From a virus: a stretch of DNA of 38,594 nt. Numbering within the stretch: the first letter of the stretch is position 1; every line of letters begins with the position of its first letter. A program made the position numbers and the translations under genes. The stretch lies in the IMG/VR virus record IMGVR_UViG_3300025362_000002, positions 1-38,594 of that record. The stretch is one strand, 5' to 3'. Below the pieces are notes generated by a model. The model saw only the letters and a list, made by a program, of their open reading frames with translations, was not told where the DNA came from and made no database searches. Below are positions 8,309 through 15,538 of this stretch, one piece after another.

Positions 8309-8609
8309 TCTTCTTTCCCTCACTCGTTTTATTTGTAGACTCCTTCTGGGGTTTCCAGTTATTGTCCAAGTCCATCAGCTCAGCAAGTTTAATGCTTATC
8401 GCTTCTCCCTTCTTTGTTAACCTGATCTTATAATCTCGACCGGGTTTATCTTTCTCGATGACTCCCTCTTTGCTCCATTGCTCAAGTACTATTCTCAGAT
8501 GCCCTGCGTTTGCATGGATCTTTCTTGCCAATTCGTCAATTTGAGAGACTTCTCCTGTCATAGCAACGAGTAATCGCGCATATTTCTGGTTGTATACAAA
8601 TCTCTTCAT
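8265..8609 (-). CDS. Winged-helix DNA-binding protein (putative transcription regulator)
   Basis: GEVSQIDELARKIHANAGHLRIVLEQWSKEGVIEKDKPGRDYKIRLTKKG shows a helix-turn-helix plus beta-wing pattern. Confidence 0.55.
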   Translation of the reverse strand: MKRFVYNQKYARLLVAMTGEVSQIDELARKIHANAGHLRIVLEQWSKEGVIEKDKPGRDYKIRLTKKGEAISIKLAELMDLDNNWKPQKESTNKTSEGKKNDGTKSRSTTSSTV

Positions 8610-8920
8610 GGTTTTACACTCCCTTTCGGTTTTTCGGTGATCGTTACTTCAGTATTCATAAACATTATTTTTGGCGCAGTCCAGTTCAGTCTGCTTGCTG
8701 CGATCTTAAAACCCTTAATTATTGATTGCATTTCTTCTGCAGTTACAGTGCTTGGAACTTTCGCAATATACATCTTATCCTGTTCTAATCCTTCAAGGAT
8801 CTTAACCACTAGAGAGATTTCTACCTCGTTGATCGCCATTAATTCTTTAATGAACTTAGTCGCCATTCTCTTGTTCAGAAACCATATTCTCATTCTCTTA
8901 AGCCAATTACTTTTTTTCAT
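8606..8920 (-). CDS. Hypothetical protein
   Basis: ORF in series. Start taken at MKKSNW (ATG 8920, GGGGACGAAAGG upstream). Confidence 0.5.
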   Translation of the reverse strand: MKKSNWLKRMRIWFLNKRMATKFIKELMAINEVEISLVVKILEGLEQDKMYIAKVPSTVTAEEMQSIIKGFKIAASRLNWTAPKIMFMNTEVTITEKPKGSVKP

Positions 8921-9152
8921 CCTTTCGTCCCCGCAAGTCATTTAATGCTTGACATACTTTTGTTGCTGCAATTGGATTGTCCCATGGTCCTTTGCTATCC
9001 AAGTTCAGTCCGATTTGCCTTTTGCTCTTGATAGTTGTGGATTTCCTACAATAAACACACTTAAAACTTCCCTTCAGCACTTTTGTGCGTACTTCTTTGG
9101 AGGCCCATTGACCGCAGTATTTGCATCTAAAAACATAAAATACTCCACTCAT
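8907..9152 (-). CDS. Zinc-ribbon protein
   Basis: CKYCGQW...CVYCRK (two CxxC pairs). Start MSGVFYV at 9152 forms an ATGA overlap with the stop of the upstream gene. Confidence 0.6.
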   Translation of the reverse strand: MSGVFYVFRCKYCGQWASKEVRTKVLKGSFKCVYCRKSTTIKSKRQIGLNLDSKGPWDNPIAATKVCQALNDLRGRKDEKK

Positions 9153-9463
9153 CTTCGCCACTTCAGTACTCTTCTTAGCACTTTCCGTCCACAGTATTTG
9201 CATTTGAACTGCTTCTTGATCGCTGTATCAGTCACCTTAGTATCCTGACATTCCATGCTTAAAGACTCGCACACTGTACACCATTCTGTTGTAATGCTGA
9301 TTTTCTTCTTGGTCGTAATCACTCCTATTCCAAAGTTCTTAATCATGCATTTGTCACAAAACAATCCTTTTCTTCCGTGTAAAGTAAAAACGACACACTC
9401 TTTGTGCATCTTGCAGTCAGGACATCTCCTAGTGATAGTTCCTATAAGTTTGGCCGCAATCAT
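9149..9463 (-). CDS. Double zinc-ribbon protein
   Basis: Four CxxC pairs: CPDC, CDKC, CTVC, CKYC. Confidence 0.6.
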   Translation of the reverse strand: MIAAKLIGTITRRCPDCKMHKECVVFTLHGRKGLFCDKCMIKNFGIGVITTKKKISITTEWCTVCESLSMECQDTKVTDTAIKKQFKCKYCGRKVLRRVLKWRR

Positions 9464-9849
9464 TAATTACACCATCCCTGAATCATCTGTTTTTGATAAT
9501 CATTAGCCTTCGCGAGTAAACCCTTTATTTTGTTGAGCTCACTGTTCTTCAGGCAACCAAGTTCTTCTTTCTGAACAGTACTCGTGCCGTCATTGACAAT
9601 CCAAGTTTCAACCATTCGTCCTGATCTAGAGTTGATTTTCTCCCCTGATTTAACGATCCTATTCTCGTTCTCGAGTGGTTTTTTCACACCCCACAAGGTT
9701 GTTTGTCGCATCCCTGTGCCTTCGAAGCATTCATCCATGCTGCAGTTAGGATTCTCTTTAATATAATTGTAGAGTAATTCCTTTTTGGTGTCCATAGAAC
9801 CTTCTTCCACAAAAGCGTTGTAACTTGTTTTTGCAGTATCAGTTTGCAT
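9463..9849 (-). CDS. Hypothetical protein (possible wHTH)
   Basis: ORF in series. ATG 9849 is preceded by GAGGATCCAGA. The ORF-track start at 9882 is a TTG. Confidence 0.5.
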   Translation of the reverse strand: MQTDTAKTSYNAFVEEGSMDTKKELLYNYIKENPNCSMDECFEGTGMRQTTLWGVKKPLENENRIVKSGEKINSRSGRMVETWIVNDGTSTVQKEELGCLKNSELNKIKGLLAKANDYQKQMIQGWCN

Positions 9850-10027
9850 TCTGGATCCTCTTCGCGAGTTGGTCCTCTTCAAATATTTGCCTACTCTGTT
9901 CTATCTTGCGAAGATTCGCTGTTTCCAGTCGTATTTGCTGCATTCTGTAGTCGTTCCATATCACGATCGCTTTCTTTGCGTATCCGTAGAGTTCTTCTAT
10001 ACATTCCTTTAATTCAGTTTTGTCCAT
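9839..10027 (-). CDS. Hypothetical small helical protein
   Basis: 62-aa ORF preceded by GGGTAGATACGA-ATG, the conserved RBS spacer. Confidence 0.5.
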   Translation of the reverse strand: MDKTELKECIEELYGYAKKAIVIWNDYRMQQIRLETANLRKIEQSRQIFEEDQLAKRIQNAN

Positions 10028-10211
10028 TCGTATCTACCCTTTTCTTTCCCAAGACTATATCCTGAGTTTCTTTTTCACTGCACAAATAATTCTGTACATC
10101 AAACTTGCATGCTTCATTCGGACACCGATTCATCGTTGCCTTAACAAAAACCCCACACATGGGACATGCTATGATCATCCTTGGTTCTATCTTCTTCCCA
10201 TTAATTAACAT
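10014..10211 (-). CDS. Zinc-ribbon protein
   Basis: CPMCG...CPNEAC. Confidence 0.55.
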   Translation of the reverse strand: MLINGKKIEPRMIIACPMCGVFVKATMNRCPNEACKFDVQNYLCSEKETQDIVLGKKRVDTNGQN

Positions 10212-10765
10212 CGTACCACCTCAATAATAATGCCTTCAGGATAAGAAATTGTTTTCTCTGCTATGCTATCGTTACTTTCTGAGTGCACTATTTCTATTGC
10301 TTTGAAATCATCGAGAACTAGAATGTCGGCCCTTCCGCCGGTCTTAAATATGGCCTCAGTCATGAAATGTTTTCCTTCTGCGAGGATCCTTTTGCAGAGT
10401 TCTGTCTTCTTGTTTTGGTGAGCTTTGGATTCTCCTTCAGAGATTCTTATCTCGTTCAGTTTACGATTGCTTATCTTGACCAAGTTGTTGCATGCGTTTC
10501 TTCTTAATTGGATCATTTGTTTTGCACCGACAGAAACACTCACGTTTCCTTGATTACAAATCTTATCTAAAACAGCGATTATATGACTGCAGACTCTTCC
10601 ATGATTAACTCCTTGAATGCTCATGTACTCACAATCACACCCTAATTGCACACTCACACTGTGCTCGTTCCCGCTCTTGCTCTTCACATTAAAAAAATGT
10701 TGTTTCCCACTGAACTCGTGAGTCACTTCGTGTGTCTTCGCTTGTTTCTTTATGTATTCTGACAT
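10205..10765 (-). CDS. SWIM zinc-finger protein with a tentative C-terminal endonuclease-like segment
   Basis: CDCEYMSIQGVNHGRVCSH fits the SWIM pattern CxCx(n)CxH. The C-terminal GGRADILVLDDFKAIEIVHSE resembles the G.xDLxx...hxhVEVK core of PD-(D/E)xK folds, but the Lys is not obvious. RBS GAGGATACGAA-ATG. Confidence 0.5.
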   Translation of the reverse strand: MSEYIKKQAKTHEVTHEFSGKQHFFNVKSKSGNEHSVSVQLGCDCEYMSIQGVNHGRVCSHIIAVLDKICNQGNVSVSVGAKQMIQLRRNACNNLVKISNRKLNEIRISEGESKAHQNKKTELCKRILAEGKHFMTEAIFKTGGRADILVLDDFKAIEIVHSESNDSIAEKTISYPEGIIIEVVRC

Positions 10766-10850
10766 TTCGTATCCTCAAAAAATCGGATGAGCTTTTGTTG
10801 ACCTGAGCTCCCATAACAGGTTAAAAAGAGGTGAGATGAACACTCTTGGT

Positions 10851-10873
10851 GGACACAGTGAGTGACTCTGTCC
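10851..10873 (-). other. Imperfect hairpin in a GC-rich intergenic spacer
   Basis: ggacacagt-gagtg-actctgtcc: 9 positions paired with one C/C mismatch. Lies in the 167-nt gap 10766..10932. On the coding strand CTTTTT and GATTTTTT follow it. Confidence 0.35.
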
Positions 10874-10932
10874 CGCAGTGTTTCCTGCAGCCGAGTTTCA
10901 GTTCGGAGTCCGGAGGCGAGGTGGTGGATATT

Positions 10933-11136
10933 CTATGAACGCCATTGGAAAAGAGTAGTTTTACCTTCCTCTCGTATCTCGATTGCAACCCTTTCAGTCT
11001 CTATCAAATAGGTCATGTTTTGATTGATCGTATTATAATTCTGTAATAAAGCATTTCGTAGATTGGTCTTGCTGAACATCCGCTTTGGATTCTTCTTCAA
11101 GTAATCTCTGAGTGCTTCAAGATGTGGAACCCCCAT
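10933..11136 (-). CDS. Small DNA-binding-like protein (wHTH-like)
   Basis: 67-aa ORF in series. Its helical pattern resembles a small winged-helix protein. Confidence 0.45.
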   Translation of the reverse strand: MGVPHLEALRDYLKKNPKRMFSKTNLRNALLQNYNTINQNMTYLIETERVAIEIREEGKTTLFQWRS

Positions 11137-11292
11137 TTATTTTCCCCCTGTTGTGGCTATGTATTTTCTTGCGACGAGAGTTTTAATCTCCTTAGTCTCT
11201 TCCTCAGAAAAGACCTCGCCAACCACTCTTCTTATTCCGTTGACGTTGATGTCGTGAGAACAAATGATTTTGTACTCGAGTATCTTAGCCAT
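11137..11292 (-). CDS. Hypothetical micro-protein (51 aa, below the ORF-track cutoff)
   Basis: Hand translation MAKILEYKIICSHDINVNGIRRVVGEVFSEEETKEIKTLVARKYIATTGGK*. TAATG overlap with the upstream stop, and its own stop abuts the next ATG. Confidence 0.5.
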   Translation of the reverse strand: MAKILEYKIICSHDINVNGIRRVVGEVFSEEETKEIKTLVARKYIATTGGK

Positions 11293-11651
11293 TATAAGTC
11301 ACCAAATTTTTTGTTTGTTATTTCTATCGCATCTTGTAAATCTATAAATTTACTTCCTGCAGATTTCTGAATCATTTTGTGAACAATTAAATCTCTGCAC
11401 ATCTTGAGATATTCTGTTGATGTGTGTTTTGTTGTTCCCCATACACTCATATTGTCTGCTAAATTCCAACATTCTTCTTCAAAGAATAATTCCCAATCAG
11501 TAGATTCACAATCTATAGGTTCTAATGTTAAAATACCAAATGAACCCAAAAGTTTTGGAAATTCTTTCCATGTTATATGAGTGCCAGTCCATCCTTTGCG
11601 AGTGAGCTTTTTTCCTTCTTTCATGGCTTTTATTGCATCTATAAAGTTCAT
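11292..11651 (-). CDS. DUF2829 (Tad2-like) domain protein with a C-terminal extension
   Basis: The N-terminus MNFIDAIKAMKEGKKLTRKGW...STDWELF matches the DUF2829 hallmark M.F..A...hK.GKKh.R..W ... DW.h. Confidence 0.6.
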   Translation of the reverse strand: MNFIDAIKAMKEGKKLTRKGWTGTHITWKEFPKLLGSFGILTLEPIDCESTDWELFFEEECWNLADNMSVWGTTKHTSTEYLKMCRDLIVHKMIQKSAGSKFIDLQDAIEITNKKFGDL

Positions 11652-12464
11652 TTAGTTGTCCTCTGGTAGGTCTTCGCCATTGTAGACGTAGAGTCCCATC
11701 CCATGCATTGCTATTGCTTTTGCGAATGCTCGTTGAATGTTCTTGTTAATTAATACTACATCGAGCTGCACTCCTTTTGCCGCCTTGTTAGTATTATTCA
11801 TCACTGGCAGATGCACTGTGTGAGTCAGTCCCATTACGGTCACGCTTACTTTCACAAATGCGCCGAGCGTCTCATCGTTAAAAAAAGGCAGTCCTTCCCT
11901 GTTCTCGTGTATTTGATATTTGCTTGTTGGATGGATCTTCTTCAGCTCTCGCCACACTTCAGCCCATGATGCGTAGTTCAGATTTCCTTTCTTGTCTATC
12001 TTGACCTTAGTCTCGTTCATCTTTGCGAATGCTGCTTGAGTATATTCTTTTGATGCGTTGTTGCTGTGCGGTCCAGTATAAAAAGGTATAAGCGAACCTG
12101 CAGGTCCCGATCGCTCTTCTGCATCAATCTCATCTTCTTCCAATAAATCAGGATCCGGTTCTTCCTCTTCTTCTTTTGGAGGAGTCTGAGGAACCTTTTC
12201 TTCTTCTGGCTCTTCACCCATTTGTTCTTCAGTAACCACCGGTTGCTCTTCCTCTTTCTCTTCGCACAAAATCATGCTAGAGAACATAGTCTTTTTCCCT
12301 TCGACAAGATTAATTTCTACAAGTTTCCCTTTGAAATCATCTTTAATTTGTTGCTTTGCTTCTTCACTTGAAGGATTGAACCATGTGTTCGGATCGTCCT
12401 CAAATTTACAGCCTTTCGCACCGCTATTTGCGATGTATTTTAGAATTCCTTTTTTGTTTGTCAT
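11652..12464 (-). CDS. Single-strand annealing protein (Sak / Rad52-like, DUF1071-type C-terminal domain) with an N-terminal extension and acidic linker
   Basis: NYASWAEVWRELKKIHP...VHLPVMNNTNKA...INKNIQRAFAKAIAMHGMGLYVYNGEDLP matches the Sak/DUF1071 signature (SWA..W..LK...P, PVMD..NK, R...KA.AMHGLGLY.Y.GED.P). Confidence 0.75.
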   Translation of the reverse strand: MTNKKGILKYIANSGAKGCKFEDDPNTWFNPSSEEAKQQIKDDFKGKLVEINLVEGKKTMFSSMILCEEKEEEQPVVTEEQMGEEPEEEKVPQTPPKEEEEEPDPDLLEEDEIDAEERSGPAGSLIPFYTGPHSNNASKEYTQAAFAKMNETKVKIDKKGNLNYASWAEVWRELKKIHPTSKYQIHENREGLPFFNDETLGAFVKVSVTVMGLTHTVHLPVMNNTNKAAKGVQLDVVLINKNIQRAFAKAIAMHGMGLYVYNGEDLPEDN

Positions 12465-12478
12465 TTCGTATCAGCTCC

Positions 12479-12763
12479 TTAGTTCTTATTTGTACTTTCG
12501 TTTCTTTTTAAAACTTCCGATTCAGTACCAGTTTGTACTGTTTTTAATTCGAGTTCTTTAATTAACATCTTTTCCATAATTTCACAACTATGTGTTCCTA
12601 TGTGCATTGCTGTTCTCTCAATTATTTCTTTAAACTGTTTTTTGTCAATACATCGTTCTTCAACCATCCAACAAAAACAAAACTCTGCACCATCCAGTTC
12701 ATATTCCTTAAAATTCTCTGTGATATATACTGGAATCATAGGAAATTTTTCTTTAAATGTCAT
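12479..12763 (-). CDS. Hypothetical protein
   Basis: 94-aa ORF in series. Its start overlaps the exonuclease stop. Confidence 0.5.
   Translation of the reverse strand: MTFKEKFPMIPVYITENFKEYELDGAEFCFCWMVEERCIDKKQFKEIIERTAMHIGTHSCEIMEKMLIKELELKTVQTGTESEVLKRNESTNKN
12481..12495 (-). repeat. Third copy of the 15-nt GTACAAATARGRACT element (coding strand GTACAAATAAGAACT)
   Basis: Plus strand agttcttatttgtac, compared with agtccttatttgtac (16237..16251) and agtccctatttgtac (16290..16304). Lies immediately upstream of the SSAP RBS. Confidence 0.4.
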
Positions 12764-13661
12764 GGTTTTCGCTCCGTCCTGAGTCTATCAACTCTGTGTA
12801 CTGATTGCAGAACTTCCTTGCCGCGCAGTATTTACATCTCACGACTTTCCCCTTCCTCAGTACGATCGAGTAATCTTTCGACATAGAGTTCCCATTCGTT
12901 CCTTCAAGTTGCGCCTTCGCTTCAGCCTCAGACTTATGCACTTTAAATGCTCTCTTAGCTCCCTTTTTCATGATCGCCCATGAGTCTTCAGAAGCCCACA
13001 GTTCCTCGTCAGTGCATCGAGGCATTTCTCCTTGTTCTTGTTTAAGTGCAGACTCAAGCAGTCCTATTCGGTCCCCTATGTACTTCAGGGTCTCTTCATC
13101 GCCCCACAAGTCAACTTCCTTAATCGCTATCCTGGTCTGCGGATAGTTTGGATCCTGTCTCGCCTTGGTCGCACTCCAGTCAGTGAAAATCATCCACACC
13201 TTCCCGGTCTGTATCACATCATACTGATTTTGGATCGCCAACCATCTATAAATGCTGAGTTGCTTGATGTAGTCTTGGTCCTTGCTTCCATAGACAAAAC
13301 TCCACACGCTAGTGCTCTTGACATCGATAAGTTGCCATCGCTTGTCGCTAACTTCTTTTAAAATATCAAACTTGCCAGTTATGATCTTGTTCTTCACTGC
13401 TTTTCGCAATCGCTCTTCTTGTTTGCATCCAGTAAGGCCCACCTTTTCCACACTGTCATGGATTGCTGTTCCGTATCTGCTCGCTATAAGGTCCTCAATG
13501 TCTATTTCTAGTCGGTCCCAGTTCTGCTTCTTTAAAGCGTACGATCGTGGGGGTTGCATCAGAGTTGTTGCACTTATTGTGTTCTCATCGTAGTCGTACT
13601 CATCATGTTTGAGCCATTCTACCACGAAGTCAGGGAAGTCTCTTTTGTTTGTATATTTCAT
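12753..13661 (-). CDS. PD-(D/E)xK exonuclease, Cas4/RecB-like, with a C-terminal Cys cluster
   Basis: GTAIHD (motif I-like), GKFDILKE...LIDVKS (D...D/ExK), QLSIY (QhxxY) and a terminal CKYCAARKFC (Cx2Cx5C), as in Cas4/AddB Fe-S nucleases. Confidence 0.65.
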   Translation of the reverse strand: MKYTNKRDFPDFVVEWLKHDEYDYDENTISATTLMQPPRSYALKKQNWDRLEIDIEDLIASRYGTAIHDSVEKVGLTGCKQEERLRKAVKNKIITGKFDILKEVSDKRWQLIDVKSTSVWSFVYGSKDQDYIKQLSIYRWLAIQNQYDVIQTGKVWMIFTDWSATKARQDPNYPQTRIAIKEVDLWGDEETLKYIGDRIGLLESALKQEQGEMPRCTDEELWASEDSWAIMKKGAKRAFKVHKSEAEAKAQLEGTNGNSMSKDYSIVLRKGKVVRCKYCAARKFCNQYTELIDSGRSENHDI

Positions 13662-13843
13662 TCTTGGTCATCTCGTTTCTTTGCTCTTTGAGCTTGAAGT
13701 TCATATTCCTCAAAATAAGGAAAGTTCTTCTCCAGTTTTGCCTTGTTGACTCCGTCCGCATGATACCATGCTTCAGCCAGTGATCGCACGAAGCTCCCAC
13801 CCAGTTTTTCCATCAGTTCGATTCCGTCATTAGTTATTTGCAT
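13658..13843 (-). CDS. Hypothetical small protein
   Basis: 61-aa ORF with a 4-nt overlap on the next gene. Confidence 0.5.
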   Translation of the reverse strand: MQITNDGIELMEKLGGSFVRSLAEAWYHADGVNKAKLEKNFPYFEEYELQAQRAKKRDDQE

Positions 13844-14048
13844 TCTCTTCCCTCTGAGATTTCATGTACTCCAGTTCTTCTTTAAATGCGATGAGATGCT
13901 TGCATTCATTTCCTGCTTTGCTGTGACTCGGACAAGTACAGGTGAACCTTCCGTTTTCAAAATTAAGCATATAAAATGCTCCGACCACACTCTCAGACTC
14001 AGCCATCGCTGTAGTCTTATATTCCCTTTTAACATTAAGTATCTTCAT
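13830..14048 (-). CDS. SWIM zinc-finger protein
   Basis: CTCPSHSKAGNECKH fits CxCx(n)CxH. SD AGGAG lies 9 nt upstream of the ATG. Confidence 0.55.
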   Translation of the reverse strand: MKILNVKREYKTTAMAESESVVGAFYMLNFENGRFTCTCPSHSKAGNECKHLIAFKEELEYMKSQREENANN

Positions 14049-14127
14049 TCAGTTCAGCTCCTATCTTTTCAATTTCCTTGAGTTCTCGTTTGTACCATTC
14101 ATCGAAGGTTTCTTCCGGTCTTCTCAT
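14035..14127 (-). CDS. Hypothetical micro-protein (30 aa)
   Basis: Hand translation MRRPEETFDEWYKRELKEIEKIGAELNEDT*. ATGA overlap with the upstream micro-ORF. Confidence 0.35.
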   Translation of the reverse strand: MRRPEETFDEWYKRELKEIEKIGAELNEDT

Positions 14128-14258
14128 TGTTGCACCCAGCTCAATGCTTTCCTGACTCCTTGCATCGCTTGACCGTTTCGTATCTTGATGCCGAGTTCCT
14201 TCTCAACCTCTTTCATCGGTGCGGTCATGATCCGTTCTATTTCTGTTGCAGTCTTCAT
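14124..14258 (-). CDS. Hypothetical micro-protein (44 aa)
   Basis: Hand translation MKTATEIERIMTAPMKEVEKELGIKIRNGQAMQGVRKALSWVQQ*. ATGA overlaps at both ends. Confidence 0.45.
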   Translation of the reverse strand: MKTATEIERIMTAPMKEVEKELGIKIRNGQAMQGVRKALSWVQQ

Positions 14259-14497
14259 TCTGTGTCTCGCTTAATAAGTATTTTCTGCAGGACATCCGCA
14301 GCTTCTTCTGGAGTTACATTCCCAGTCACAGGATGCTTGTTTGATTTGCTAATTGCTATTTTAATCTCTTCCTGTTCTGGTTCGTGTACAGTCACAACTG
14401 TTCCTTCTGAGTTAGTATAAATCGTTGCCTCATCTGGTGCTGCAGTTACTCTGAAGCCCATGTCGATTAGTTTGTTGTGTATCTCGTCAATGTTCAT
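14255..14497 (-). CDS. Hypothetical protein
   Basis: 80-aa ORF with a 4-nt overlap on the upstream gene. Confidence 0.5.
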   Translation of the reverse strand: MNIDEIHNKLIDMGFRVTAAPDEATIYTNSEGTVVTVHEPEQEEIKIAISKSNKHPVTGNVTPEEAADVLQKILIKRDTE

Positions 14498-14904
14498 TTT
14501 TTCACCCCTTTTTGTTTAAGTCCGAGTTTGGTCCGTAGTTCTTGAATCGCTTCTTTTGTGGTCTTGTTGATGTCGATTCCTAACATTGCGATTTCTTCTT
14601 TGTTGATTACCATAGTTACTCCAAGTTTAGTTTCCGCGATGGTCATCGTCCCTTTTTTAGGTTTCGTTGGTTCAGTCGTTTGTGCTCCCACTTCGCTTTG
14701 TTTTCCTTCCGCTTGTTTTGCTTGCTCATCCACATCTTCTTTTCCTATAATATTGTATTCTGCAGTAAGTCCTGGATTCTTAACTCTCGGCATCGGCATT
14801 GTATCTTTTGATGCAGGTGTGCACCTGTGTGATTCTGGTCTTGTTAGGTATATTCTTCCGCCGCATTCAGGGCATTTCTTCCATTGCATATTTGGTTTAG
14901 TCAT
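14494..14904 (-). CDS. Zinc-ribbon protein with a Lys/Glu-rich tail
   Basis: CPECGG...HRC. Canonical RBS GGAGATGATACGAA-ATG. Confidence 0.55.
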   Translation of the reverse strand: MTKPNMQWKKCPECGGRIYLTRPESHRCTPASKDTMPMPRVKNPGLTAEYNIIGKEDVDEQAKQAEGKQSEVGAQTTEPTKPKKGTMTIAETKLGVTMVINKEEIAMLGIDINKTTKEAIQELRTKLGLKQKGVKK

Positions 14905-14917
14905 TTCGTATCATCTC

Positions 14918-15217
14918 CTATTCTTGGTGGCAGCCTTTTTTGTCGCCGCATAAATAAATAAAGTAATTGTCAGGTTTCTGTTCTTTTGGATTCCAGGCTC
15001 TTCGTTTCTCCCAGGTTGCTGCAGTAAGTTCTCTTTTGCAGTATCTGCAGGTGTGGCTTTCTTCAGGTGCAGCATTCATCTTGTCTCTGAAAGTGTTCGC
15101 TTCTGCTTCTGATTTAAAAGTCTGCATCTTAGTATCTTCTGCGTAGGTTACAAAGAAATTGTCGCCGGTTTGTTTGTGCAGCTCGTCATCGCATTCGAAG
15201 GTTTGTGCTTGGTTCAT
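14918..15217 (-). CDS. Cys-rich (zinc-binding-like) protein
   Basis: CRYCKRE...CGDKKGCH. Confidence 0.5.
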   Translation of the reverse strand: MNQAQTFECDDELHKQTGDNFFVTYAEDTKMQTFKSEAEANTFRDKMNAAPEESHTCRYCKRELTAATWEKRRAWNPKEQKPDNYFIYLCGDKKGCHQE

Positions 15218-15354
15218 TCTTGAGCCTCCATGTAGTCGTGTAGTTGGTGTTCCATTCTGCTTTCCATCTGGTCAGCTTCTTGGTCCGCACATTGTTCTTG
15301 TTCCTCACTGACTTTCTTGCCTGCGTGTTTTCTCGGTATTTGTGTTTTTTCCAT
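15214..15354 (-). CDS. Acidic micro-protein, paralog A (46 aa)
   Basis: Translated codon by codon: MEKTQIPRKHAGKKVSEEQEQCADQEADQMESRMEHQLHDYMEAQE*. RBS GGAGATGATACGA-ATG and an ATGA overlap with the next gene. Confidence 0.6.
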   Translation of the reverse strand: MEKTQIPRKHAGKKVSEEQEQCADQEADQMESRMEHQLHDYMEAQE

Positions 15355-15370
15355 TCGTATCATCTCCTAT

Positions 15371-15538
15371 CTATTTTTTGAATAAGTGCGGCTTGTTGTT
15401 CTTAATCTGCTCGTTTAACTCTTGCGAGTCTTCATTCTTGTGGTGTCTACATACAGGGTATCTGTTTCCGTTACTCGCCACGAAAAGGTGAGCCTTATTT
15501 ATTTCTTTGTTACAGGCGTAACAGTTATATTTTGCCAT
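15371..15538 (-). CDS. Zinc-binding micro-protein (55 aa)
   Basis: Hand translation MAKYNCYACNKEINKAHLFVASNGNRYPVCRHHKNEDSQELNEQIKNNKPHLFKK* (CxxC...CxHH). TGATG overlap with the upstream stop. Confidence 0.55.
   Translation of the reverse strand: MAKYNCYACNKEINKAHLFVASNGNRYPVCRHHKNEDSQELNEQIKNNKPHLFKK

Noticed and set aside
10766-10932. Possible tRNA or tRNA-like gene in the GC-rich spacer (gttcggagtcc resembles a T-loop)
   Set aside because: On neither strand could I build a cloverleaf. No 5-bp T-stem flanks a TTCRANY loop, and there is no 7-bp acceptor pairing or anticodon arm at the proper distances.
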